This document shows positions 16,878 through 25,300 of a DNA stretch of 32,000 nt, one piece after another. Source of the DNA: Methanohalophilus levihalophilus (GTDB taxonomy: Archaea > Halobacteriota > Methanosarcinia > Methanosarcinales > Methanosarcinaceae); assembly GCF_017874375.1 (NCBI RefSeq), contig NZ_JAGGLK010000001.1, forward strand, positions 566,150 through 598,149. The letters run 5' to 3'. How positions within the stretch are numbered: position 1 is the stretch's first letter; every line of letters starts with the position of its first letter. The position numbers and the translations under genes are program-made. Below the pieces are notes generated by a model, which worked only from the letters and a program-made list of their open reading frames with translations, was not told the origin of the DNA and did no database searches.

Positions 16878-17579
16878 TCATCCCTGTGAAACCGTTGACT
16901 GGAAGGGAATTTCCTCATAAGGCTGTATCACAACAAAGCCTTCTCCCTTAAAGGCCATTTGAATACTTTCACCGCTGGTTCTGCCAACAAATGTTTTCAG
17001 TGAGATATCAGTTTTCAGATCAGGTTTAAGATTTCCTGACCACGCAACCGTTGCATTTGGATCGGTAAACACTGACCTGTCCTTTGAGACTTTGAGTGTT
17101 AATGGATCATAATGAGTTGTGATGGCAACCATGCCGCTGCCTTCAAGTCTGACATTGAAAAGACCTCCTGCCATTACACCGGTTACTTTTTTGAGCATTT
17201 TGATATCCCATTTGATACCATCTTCAAAGGCAAGCAGATCATTTCCATTTACATATATCGAATCATTATCGAGATTGAGTACAGATATTTTTTTTCCGGC
17301 ATCTGCAAGGTAAACTTTACCCTGCCCCTCTGCCTTGGTAAGACTCATACCTTCACCTGTAACAGCCTTCTTGAGCATTTTGCCCACGCCGTGTTCGAGA
17401 ACACCTTCCCTCGTAAATTTTACGTCTCCAATATACGCAACCATTGAACCTTTTTTGGTCCAGACACGACCGTTGAGGTTCAACTCAAGCATGCGCTCAT
17501 TCTCCATTTCAAAAAGACCCTCCCCGCGGTCCTTTTGACTGGTCATTTCCACAAACTCATTTACTGAATATCTTCCCAT
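16878..17579 (-). CDS. AIM24 family protein (DUF124/TIGR00266-like)
   Basis: 233 aa. It shows the beta-rich AIM24 pattern: [21 protein letters not shown]..., [67 protein letters not shown]. Confidence 0.8.
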   Translation of the reverse strand: MGRYSVNEFVEMTSQKDRGEGLFEMENERMLELNLNGRVWTKKGSMVAYIGDVKFTREGVLEHGVGKMLKKAVTGEGMSLTKAEGQGKVYLADAGKKISVLNLDNDSIYVNGNDLLAFEDGIKWDIKMLKKVTGVMAGGLFNVRLEGSGMVAITTHYDPLTLKVSKDRSVFTDPNATVAWSGNLKPDLKTDISLKTFVGRTSGESIQMAFKGEGFVVIQPYEEIPFQSTVSQG

Positions 17580-17959
17580 GATTATTCCTCTTTTTATTGC
17601 ACTGATTCGATACAGTTATTTTATTAACATAAAATAGATAATACTAAAGTGTATTTTTATTATATGTATGTTTTCAAATTCTGACTTTAATATATTAGTT
17701 AGATATAATTCGGCAATTGGTATATTTTGATTATTTTTGGCAGAATTACAAAGTGATCAAAATTGTCTTACATTCTAAAGAAAAGCTACCACAAACTAAG
17801 TGCTATTTCAAAAACATAATCTATCGAGCGCTTATTCATATTAATCTGCAAGAATTGATCAGAAAAGCAGATAGACCCTTTGTAACTTACAACTCAAATA
17901 TTTGTTAAAGGAATATAGAAAAAAACCTGAATCCAGCACTCCAGTGACTATGTCCGTTC

Positions 17960-18096
17960 CGACAATTGTCGATAACCTTATATACGACTATGTACAAATA
18001 ATATGTCAGACACAAGTCAGATTTTAGACAGACGTTTGGCGGACATATGTCGGCTTTGCGTCAGTTCTAAGGCAGACCATTGTCAGACAAGAGGAG
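17960..18096 (+). promoter_or_regulatory. promoter/operator region of the RHH-ftsZ operon: TATA box plus four TGTC/GACA palindromes
   Basis: CGACAATTGTCG lies at 17960-17971 and a TTATATA box at 17978-17984. TGTCAGACA lies at 18004-18012, GACATATGTC at 18042-18051 and TGTCAGACA at 18081-18089. The GAGGAG SD is at 18091-18096. Confidence 0.45.
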
Positions 18097-18101
18097 CTAA
18101 C

Positions 18102-18278
18102 ATGAAGAGAATCACAATCAGATTGCCGGATCAGCAACTTGATATGATTGACTATATGGTAGCTCAAGGCGAATTTCCATCTGCAAGCGAAGCAATTCGG
18201 ACAGCAGTGCGAGAATTAATTGATGAACGGGGTGAAAAACTTCTCCGTAGATCGGAGATGATAGCAGCCCTGTCATAA
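18102..18278 (+). CDS. cdrS: ribbon-helix-helix (CopG-type) protein upstream of ftsZ, CdrS-like cell-division regulator
   Basis: 58 aa from ATG 18102 (GAGGAG SD 5 nt upstream). MKRITIRLPDQQLDMIDYMV...SASEAIRTAVRELI is a canonical RHH beta-strand plus two helices. It sits immediately upstream of an ftsZ paralog, as described for cdrS-ftsZ2 in haloarchaea. Confidence 0.65.
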   Translation: MKRITIRLPDQQLDMIDYMVAQGEFPSASEAIRTAVRELIDERGEKLLRRSEMIAALS

Positions 18279-18314
18279 ACAGACTTTTTGTGTATTCTAA
18301 GAGGGGATGAACAC

Positions 18315-19487
18315 ATGCAGTCAATAGTGCAGGAAGCTTTGAGACTAACAGAACAAGAAAAGCAGTTTAGAGAAGTATCAGACAGCGAAGATGATTTTGC
18401 ATTCGGAATGCCCAGAATAACCATTGTTGGTTGTGGTGGAGCCGGAAACAATACCATCAACAGACTTTATAATATTGGCATCGAAGGCGCTGAAACCATT
18501 GCAATAAACACGGACAAGCAGCACCTTGATCACATTCGTGCCGATAAAAAAATACTTGTTGGAAAAACGTTAACCCGTGGACTTGGCGCCGGAGGCTATC
18601 CTGAAGTTGGTGCAAAGGCTGCAGATCTCGCTCGCGGAACCCTTGAAGAAGTCTTCAAGGAAAGTGACCTTGTTTTTGTTACAGCTGGTATGGGCGGAGG
18701 AACCGGTACCGGTGTTGCTCCTGTTGTTGCAGAAATTGCAAAAGAGCAGGGCGCAATTGTGGTAGGAATGGTATCCAGTCCGTTCCGTGTTGAACGTGCA
18801 AGAACAGTCAAAGCAGAAGAAGGACTTGAAGATTTCCGCAGAGCTGCTGACACCGTAATTGTGCTTGACAACAACAGGTTACTTGAATACGTGCCAAACC
18901 TTCCAATAGAGCAGGCATTCTCCGTAATGGATCAGCTCATCGCTGAAACCGTTAAAGGCATTACCGAAACAATTACCCAACCTTCCCTGATTAACCTTGA
19001 CTACGCAGACATTCGCGCAATCATGGGATGTGGTGGCGTTGCAGTCATGCTTGTAGGTGAAAGCAAGAACCAGGACAAGAGTGACGATGTCGTAAGGGCA
19101 GCCCTGAACCACCCACTCCTTGATGTGGACTACCGTGGTGCTACCGGAAGCCTTGTACATATCACAGGTGGTCCTGATCTCAGCCTCAAGGAAGCTGAAG
19201 AAGTTGCATCTTCACTTACCTACGAACTCTCACCCACCGCTAACGTAATCTGGGGAGCAAGAATAAGAGATGATTACGAAGGAAAGATCAGAGTAATGGC
19301 CATAATGACCGGTGTGCAGTCAGCACAGGTACTTGGTCCTCAATACCAGACAGATATTGTCGAAAAGAGGGAACCTGTACGCAACACATCAAGAAGCTAC
19401 ACCCGCGTAAATAATGGTCAGCGCGCAATTGTCGAGCCCATTAACAGCTCCGGCAACGGCGGATCTATTATAGACATAATTAACTAA
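18315..19487 (+). CDS. ftsZ: cell division protein FtsZ (FtsZ2-type by synteny with the RHH gene)
   Basis: 390 aa from ATG 18315 (GAGGGGA SD). Motifs: GCGGAGNN, the tubulin signature GGGTGTG, and NTD. The C-terminal linker is disordered. Confidence 0.9.
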   Translation: MQSIVQEALRLTEQEKQFREVSDSEDDFAFGMPRITIVGCGGAGNNTINRLYNIGIEGAETIAINTDKQHLDHIRADKKILVGKTLTRGLGAGGYPEVGAKAADLARGTLEEVFKESDLVFVTAGMGGGTGTGVAPVVAEIAKEQGAIVVGMVSSPFRVERARTVKAEEGLEDFRRAADTVIVLDNNRLLEYVPNLPIEQAFSVMDQLIAETVKGITETITQPSLINLDYADIRAIMGCGGVAVMLVGESKNQDKSDDVVRAALNHPLLDVDYRGATGSLVHITGGPDLSLKEAEEVASSLTYELSPTANVIWGARIRDDYEGKIRVMAIMTGVQSAQVLGPQYQTDIVEKREPVRNTSRSYTRVNNGQRAIVEPINSSGNGGSIIDIIN

Positions 19488-19495
19488 AACTCTAT

Positions 19496-19536
19496 GCCGG
19501 GCAGGTAGACCCTGTTCGGCTGGAATAACTTTTTTT
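19496..19536 (+). terminator. intrinsic-type terminator after ftsZ: 10-bp hairpin plus T7
   Basis: GCCGGGCAGG (19496-19505) pairs with CCTGTTCGGC (19511-19520), including two G-U pairs. A T7 tract lies at 19530-19536. Confidence 0.5.
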
Positions 19537-19559
19537 ATCTTCACTGAACTTCTATATTC

Positions 19560-21035
19560 ATGAATATTCTGATAGCCACAGGTCATCTTGCACTGGACAC
19601 AGTGAAAGATGCTGCTGGAGACAAAGCCGAAATTCTACTTGTTGACACAGAAGTCGCAGCATTCATAACCCCGGGCAAGCTTCTGGATTCCTATTTAAAA
19701 AGTTACAAGCCAAACAGATTTGATCTGTTGCTTGTTCCAGGCCTTGTATCAGGAGATTTTTCTGCAACAGCAAGCAAAATGGGATGCCCTATTTATCGCG
19801 GCTCAAAACATGCATATGATCTGGCTACAGTTCTCCGGTTTGCAGATGACATAACCTTTTCCACAGAAATACCCGCCTGTGAATTGATTGAAGGAATCAG
19901 GAAGGAAGAAGCTCTAAATACTTTACAGGAACTGGAAGAAAGTGCATCTCCTGCATTCAATATAAGGGATCTCAAAATCGGAGGAAATTCCGGCATGAAA
20001 GTCATGGCGGAAATTGTCGATGCAGCATCCATGAATGAAGTTGAACTCAATCAAAAAATCAAGCATTTCCTTCATGAAGGCACAAGCATTATTGATCTCG
20101 GCATTGCAATGACAAGTTCTGCCGAAGCAGTTGAAGAAACGATTAAAGTTGCAAGAAAAGCGACAGATATTCCTTTGAGCATTGATACAACAATTGCCGA
20201 ACATATCCTTTGCGGTGTTGAAAATGGCGTTGATCTTGTACTCAGTCTGAACAGTTCAAATATTGATTCAACTGCCAGAAAGATAGCAGAAAAAAATATC
20301 GCAGCCGTTGTGATACCTGATCCGGGAAAAGGACATGATTCGCTGATTAAAAATGTAGAAAAATGCCGGGAATACGGAATCAAGAAAATTATTGCAGACC
20401 CTATTCTTGATCCTGCAGGACATGGATTTACGGAATCAATTATCCGCTACAGAATCTTTGCTGAACAATACCCTGACATCCCCCTTTTCTTTGGTGCGGG
20501 GAATGTTACCGAGCTTTTTGATGCAGATTCGACCGGGATAAATGCCCTGCTCTGCACAATTGCCTCCGACACAGGGTCATCAATACTTTTTACTCCTGAA
20601 TACAGTGACAAAACACAGGGTTCCATTTCAGAACTTAAAACTGCTGCAGGAATGATGAAACTTGCAGAATTCCGCAAAAGTTCACCAAAGGATCTCGGCT
20701 TTGATCTGGTTCACATAAAAGAAAAAAGGAAGAGACTGGAAATTCCAATGCCAAAAGACGCAATCGCAGCAAAACCCAACAACGGGTGGGAACTTGATCC
20801 AAAGGGACCATTCAGGATCGGAATAACGCATGATCCCGAGGGCAGAGGATATATTGTTGCAGAGCATGAGAAGACTACTATAATCGGTAAAACTGCATCA
20901 GAAGTACTGGATTCTATCATAACCAACGACTTGGTCAGCAAGTTTGATCATGCTGGATACCTTGGAATGGAGCTTAAAAAAGCTGAAATTGCACTCCAAT
21001 TTAATAGAAGTTACGAGCAGGATGATGTTTTCTAA
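19560..21035 (+). CDS. dihydropteroate synthase-like protein (pterin-binding domain plus C-terminal extension), tetrahydromethanopterin biosynthesis type (MJ0301-like)
   Basis: 491 aa. The central pterin-binding TIM-barrel pattern is present (IIDLG..., LSIDT, DLVLSLN, IADPILDP, FGAGNVTEL). The extra N- and C-terminal domains resemble those of methanogen DHPS-related proteins. This assignment is from memory of the family and was not searched. Confidence 0.7.
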   Translation: MNILIATGHLALDTVKDAAGDKAEILLVDTEVAAFITPGKLLDSYLKSYKPNRFDLLLVPGLVSGDFSATASKMGCPIYRGSKHAYDLATVLRFADDITFSTEIPACELIEGIRKEEALNTLQELEESASPAFNIRDLKIGGNSGMKVMAEIVDAASMNEVELNQKIKHFLHEGTSIIDLGIAMTSSAEAVEETIKVARKATDIPLSIDTTIAEHILCGVENGVDLVLSLNSSNIDSTARKIAEKNIAAVVIPDPGKGHDSLIKNVEKCREYGIKKIIADPILDPAGHGFTESIIRYRIFAEQYPDIPLFFGAGNVTELFDADSTGINALLCTIASDTGSSILFTPEYSDKTQGSISELKTAAGMMKLAEFRKSSPKDLGFDLVHIKEKRKRLEIPMPKDAIAAKPNNGWELDPKGPFRIGITHDPEGRGYIVAEHEKTTIIGKTASEVLDSIITNDLVSKFDHAGYLGMELKKAEIALQFNRSYEQDDVF

Positions 21036-21047
21036 CGAGGTGAAAAA

Positions 21048-21503
21048 TTGAAACTTAATAGTCAGGATAAAACAGAAATTGCACAGATACTGGCTGAAAA
21101 ATATTTTTCGGAAATGGACTGGAAGTGGGTAAACCTGAAAAAAGATGTGAACCGCATATTCACAGCTTATGAAGAAATCGGGGACCAGTATAGGGAATAC
21201 CCCTACATGAGCAAAGACTGGTATGTTGAAAATTCCGCCACCAAAAGCATCCACATGTGTAAAAGCTGGGATGAGCTGAAAGATCTCGTAGACTTCCTGA
21301 AAGCATATTCTAACAATTTTGACTTCCTTGCAATGAACGACCGAAAGATGCTGTGTATCGCATCTACCGAAGACTCGCTTAACCCGCAACAGAAAAATGC
21401 AATTTCAGAAGCAAAGAAACTGCGCTACAGCATATTTGTATTCAGTGCAAAAGTACCCGAAGATATTGAATTTGAACTGATGCAAATCGGCGGCGGCATG
21501 TAA
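21048..21503 (+). CDS. hypothetical protein (no family recognised)
   Basis: 151 aa. The TTG start lies 4 nt after a strong GAGGTGA SD and 12 nt after the previous stop. Codon usage resembles that of the neighbours. The 163-aa minus-strand ORF 20898..21389 is Phe-rich antisense noise. Confidence 0.55.
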   Translation: MKLNSQDKTEIAQILAEKYFSEMDWKWVNLKKDVNRIFTAYEEIGDQYREYPYMSKDWYVENSATKSIHMCKSWDELKDLVDFLKAYSNNFDFLAMNDRKMLCIASTEDSLNPQQKNAISEAKKLRYSIFVFSAKVPEDIEFELMQIGGGM

Positions 21504-21540
21504 AATATTTCCAGGATTTTGTTACTTACAGGGTATCCAG

Positions 21541-22731
21541 ATGTCCCAAACTGAAGAATATGATGTTGTAATAGTGGGTGCCGGCCCCGCAGGTGCAACG
21601 GCTGCTGCCTATGCAGCACAGTCCGGAGCATCAGTCCTTTTAATCGATAAGAAGAAGGACATTGGAGTACCCTTGCAGTGTGGTGGTTTCCTTACCCATG
21701 AGGATACATTGAGAGATTTAGTTCCAAGTGCTGAACTCCCTTACCAGCTTTTGGAATATCCAAAGTCCTGCGTTCACACATCAACTAATTTCCAGCGATT
21801 CATTGCTCCTGATGGCTACTCCAAGGGTTTTGAAGTTGAAGCCGACGCTCTTGACAGACGCAAATTCGACAGATACTTGGTAAAAAAGGCAGCTGATGCG
21901 GGAGCTGAAATACTAATTGGAACAAATGTCACAGAAATTAACAATCAGACAGTAATCACAGATGGCATTTTTGGAAGAAACGATTACAACTGTAAAGTCC
22001 TCATCGGGGCCGACGGACCAAACTCTCTTGTTGGAAAATCAAGAGACCTGGTAAGAGAACATGACCCCATGGGAGTCGGGACAGCATTCGAATACGAACT
22101 TTCCGGGGTTGATGTTGACAAAGATGCAGTTGAGATGTATTTCGGGAAGAAATACGTCCCGGGCGGTTATGCATGGATTATTTCCCAGGGAGAAGACAAT
22201 GCCAATATCGGGGTAGGTGTCAGAGAAGCCCTTTTTGATGAAAATATGTGTGCAAGAGACTACCTGAATCGATTTATGCATGTGCACCCGCAGGCTTCCG
22301 AAAAACTTGAGGGCGGAACAATCATTTCTGTTGTTGCAGGCCTTGTCCCGGTTGGTGGTGCTCCTTCAAAGACAGCAACTAAGAACACTCTCATTGCAGG
22401 AGATGCAGCCGGGCATATAATCGCAACAAATGGCGGAGGAATTGCCACAGCAATGGTTGGAGGAAAACTCGCCGGAGAAACTGCTGCCGATTACCTGAGC
22501 GGGAAATGCAATCTTGAAGCGTATGAGAAACGCTGGAGAGAACAGATGGGACTTGAGATCAAAACAGCAGTTTATGCGCGCAAATTAATGGATAATCTCA
22601 TGAAATCCGATGCGCTCATGTCAAAGGCAATCAAAGTGATTTCCCCGGAGCAAATGAAAGACATCCAGTGCGGCAAACTCCCGACTTCAGTCAAAAAAGC
22701 ACTTCTAAAGCTTAATTTCGGACTTAATTAA
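21541..22731 (+). CDS. geranylgeranyl reductase family FAD-dependent oxidoreductase
   Basis: 396 aa. It has the dinucleotide-binding motif YDVVIVGAGPAGATAA...LLIDKK, the GGR-typical LQCGG motif, and GDAAGH. Confidence 0.85.
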   Translation: MSQTEEYDVVIVGAGPAGATAAAYAAQSGASVLLIDKKKDIGVPLQCGGFLTHEDTLRDLVPSAELPYQLLEYPKSCVHTSTNFQRFIAPDGYSKGFEVEADALDRRKFDRYLVKKAADAGAEILIGTNVTEINNQTVITDGIFGRNDYNCKVLIGADGPNSLVGKSRDLVREHDPMGVGTAFEYELSGVDVDKDAVEMYFGKKYVPGGYAWIISQGEDNANIGVGVREALFDENMCARDYLNRFMHVHPQASEKLEGGTIISVVAGLVPVGGAPSKTATKNTLIAGDAAGHIIATNGGGIATAMVGGKLAGETAADYLSGKCNLEAYEKRWREQMGLEIKTAVYARKLMDNLMKSDALMSKAIKVISPEQMKDIQCGKLPTSVKKALLKLNFGLN

Positions 22732-22733
22732 TC

Positions 22734-23078
22734 ATGTATCTTTTTGTCTACGGAACCCTGAAAAAAGATTTTTCTAACCACCATCTCATTAGAAATACAA
22801 GATTTATCGGAGAAGACAAAACCAGAGATAATTATTGCATGATCGATATGGGTTATTTTCCGGCAATTCTGGAAAGGGATGGAACCACGCCAATAAGTGG
22901 AGAAACATATCTTGCTGACGAAAAACTCCTGGAAGTTGTTGATGAATTTGAAGGAAAATGGTTCTACCGAAAACAGATACGACTTGAAAGCGGAAAAAGA
23001 GCTTATGCATATTTTCTCTCACCGGAAGCCATTAAAAAGGAATATCCTTTAATCAGCGATGGAAATTGGAAGAGATAA
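22734..23078 (+). CDS. gamma-glutamylcyclotransferase (AIG2/GGCT-like) family protein
   Basis: 114 aa. The N-terminus reads LFVYGTLKKDFSNHHL (YGTL motif) and the catalytic-type Glu context is EFEG. Confidence 0.8.
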   Translation: MYLFVYGTLKKDFSNHHLIRNTRFIGEDKTRDNYCMIDMGYFPAILERDGTTPISGETYLADEKLLEVVDEFEGKWFYRKQIRLESGKRAYAYFLSPEAIKKEYPLISDGNWKR

Positions 23079-23079
23079 G

Positions 23080-23682
23080 ATGGAAGACACCCATAACAAT
23101 ACCATTTGCTATGAAGCACATGGCAATCTGTACCTGAACATTACCAATAGATGTAGTGCAGATTGCACTTTTTGTGTCAGGAATTTTCAAACAGGCGTGT
23201 ATGGATATGATCTTCGCCTTTCCAGAGACCCTTCACTGGAAGAAATAATTGCAGAGCTAGAAAAACATGATATTTCAGAATATGGAGAAATCGTATTCAC
23301 CGGTTTTGGAGAACCGACGTTAAGGTTTGAAGTCCTCCTAAAAATCACCGGCTGGCTGAAATCAAAAGAAGCTTATATAAGGCTTGACACAAACGGCCAT
23401 GCACAGCTTATCAATCCGGAAAATGATGTTATTGAAAATCTTAAAGATGCCGGACTTGATGCAGTTTCTGTAAGCCTGAATGCCGAATCAAAGGAAAAAT
23501 ACGACAGGATATGCAAACCAGCGTATCCTGATGCCTATCAGGCCATGTTGGATTTCACAAAGAATGCACGCAATGCAGGTATCGACACAAGGATGACTGT
23601 TGTGAGAATTCCTGAAATCGACATTGATAAATGCAGGGAAATAGCCACTTCGATTAGAGCAGACTTCCACGTAAGAGGATAA
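23080..23682 (+). CDS. radical SAM protein (TatD-associated subfamily type)
   Basis: CxxxCxxC cluster motif in NITNRCSADCTFCVRN. A GFGEPT glycine-rich SAM motif is present. About 200 aa. The start is ambiguous between ATG 23080 and ATG 23059, which overlaps the upstream gene by 20 nt. Confidence 0.8.
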   Translation: MEDTHNNTICYEAHGNLYLNITNRCSADCTFCVRNFQTGVYGYDLRLSRDPSLEEIIAELEKHDISEYGEIVFTGFGEPTLRFEVLLKITGWLKSKEAYIRLDTNGHAQLINPENDVIENLKDAGLDAVSVSLNAESKEKYDRICKPAYPDAYQAMLDFTKNARNAGIDTRMTVVRIPEIDIDKCREIATSIRADFHVRG

Positions 23683-23685
23683 AAC

Positions 23686-24303
23686 TTACAGGTATTTCAG
23701 CAGATCATCTCTTTTGGAATCATGCAGTCGTTCCCTTATAAGGGACTTGAGAACACCGAGATCTCCTTTTTTTGCGCTGCTCGGGGCGACAACGTACTTC
23801 CATTTTGTCCAGGGTTTCAATAGTCCGAATCTGGAAATTATTTCATCCAGCTCTTCATTCTCGTTCTCCACCTTATCCATTTTATTTGGAACAATTATGG
23901 TATCAACTTCAAGTTCTGCAAGGAAATCAAACATTTCAATATCAATTGGAATCTCATTCCTGGACTCCCACCGCCCCACAACATCTACAAAAGAAGGTGC
24001 ATCGATTACAAGAAGAGCCAGGGAAATCTCATCTGAATTTTTTTCAATGCCACGCACAATGCGATCTTTAACGATATCCTGCTTTCTTTCCTTGACGCCG
24101 CTCATAAAGCCAAATCCAGGATGGTCGGTAACAACAAGATCCGAGCGCTTTACAACAGTAGGTTTCAACGTAACTCCCGGACGTTTTCCCACACGAACCT
24201 TGTGACCTGTGAGCTCTCTGACAATAGAAGATTTGCCGACATTGGATCTGCCAAACATTGCGATCTCAAATTTTCCTTTTTTGGAGAAGCGTGATTCACT
24301 CAT
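23686..24303 (-). CDS. engB: GTP-binding protein EngB/YsxC family
   Basis: 205 aa. G1: GRSNVGKSS. G3: DHPGFG. G4: NKMDK. G5-like: SAKKG. Its start overlaps the DHH gene stop in an ATGA. Confidence 0.85.
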   Translation of the reverse strand: MSESRFSKKGKFEIAMFGRSNVGKSSIVRELTGHKVRVGKRPGVTLKPTVVKRSDLVVTDHPGFGFMSGVKERKQDIVKDRIVRGIEKNSDEISLALLVIDAPSFVDVVGRWESRNEIPIDIEMFDFLAELEVDTIIVPNKMDKVENENEELDEIISRFGLLKPWTKWKYVVAPSSAKKGDLGVLKSLIRERLHDSKRDDLLKYL

Positions 24304-25280
24304 GCTTCTGCCGCCTTTTTATCTTCCATCTCGATTCTCCTGTCCAGTTCCAGAATAAAGGATTCAAATGACTCTTCCGGAATACGGGCACCAGCAGCAA
24401 CGGAATGTCCACCACCGGAACCGCCATACATCGGAGCAACTTCCCTGAGAATTCGATTTATATCCGCACCATTGCGGGATCTAAGACTTAAGTCGTAAGC
24501 GCCTTTATTTTCCCTGTGCTCTGCAGCAACTCCTATATTTCTCCTGCCATAGGAAGCGGCATAAATAGCCGATTTTCCTAAGAAACCATCCGGATCTATA
24601 ACATAGGCAAGGCTGCTAAGACTCTGGACAGTTGCTTTCACACGAATACGCAATTCTTCCTCTAAACGGGAGGCTGCCCTTGCGTACTTCGGAAGTTTAG
24701 CAATTTCAGATGGAATCTTATCCTTCGAAAGTGGAACCAGCAAACTTCGCTTGAAATCATAATTCCTGCCAGCATACTGGATTGCCTGAATAAGAGTACC
24801 TGCCTGATAATAGAGACTCCGCTTGTCCCAATCCTTGGTCCATTTTTTTACATCTGGGGTATGATCACAGTAATCTCCAATTGCGCCATAAATTGCAACC
24901 CTGCGAATATCCCTGCTCAATCTTGACTCAAAAACCTTGTAAGTGAGCTCCGCAGCACAGACATCAAGGTTGTGATGGAACCATGGGGCATCCCAGCACT
25001 GTTTGGGTAGCGGATGATGATCAATGTAAACTACGTCGCTTGTTGTTGCAATTGCATCAAGCTTTTGGTATAAAGTAAAACACTCACGTTCATCAACTGC
25101 AATATCACATATTATGACATTATCATACCCTTTAGCCATGTCAAGGCGACGGCTTAAGCTTACAGGGCTTGTAAAAAAAACATCTGCATCAGGGTACGCA
25201 CTTTTAGCGATTGAACCGGAGCAGATGCCGTCTGAATCACCGTGAGTAAAAATTATTGTCTTCTTTGATTTTCCTTTCAT
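24300..25280 (-). CDS. DHH/DHHA1 family phosphoesterase
   Basis: 326 aa from ATG 25280 (GGTGA SD). I prefer this to the TTG at 25304. Motif I/II: FTHGDSDGICSG. Motif III: CDIAVD. Motif IV: IDHHP. DHHA1 motif: GGSGGGHSVAAG. Confidence 0.85.
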   Translation of the reverse strand: MKGKSKKTIIFTHGDSDGICSGSIAKSAYPDADVFFTSPVSLSRRLDMAKGYDNVIICDIAVDERECFTLYQKLDAIATTSDVVYIDHHPLPKQCWDAPWFHHNLDVCAAELTYKVFESRLSRDIRRVAIYGAIGDYCDHTPDVKKWTKDWDKRSLYYQAGTLIQAIQYAGRNYDFKRSLLVPLSKDKIPSEIAKLPKYARAASRLEEELRIRVKATVQSLSSLAYVIDPDGFLGKSAIYAASYGRRNIGVAAEHRENKGAYDLSLRSRNGADINRILREVAPMYGGSGGGHSVAAGARIPEESFESFILELDRRIEMEDKKAAEA

Positions 25281-25300
25281 TCCAGTCACCCAAAATACAT

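Noticed and set aside
17717-17908. 63-aa TTG-initiated ORF in the AIM24/cdrS intergenic region
   Set aside because: It is an AT-rich-derived Ile/Lys/Tyr/Asn-rich peptide with no SD and no motif.
20898-21389. 163-aa minus-strand ORF opposite the 21048..21503 gene
   Set aside because: It is Phe/Ile-rich, overlaps the 3' end of the DHPS-like gene and lacks an SD. The + strand ORF has a strong SD and neighbour-like codon usage.
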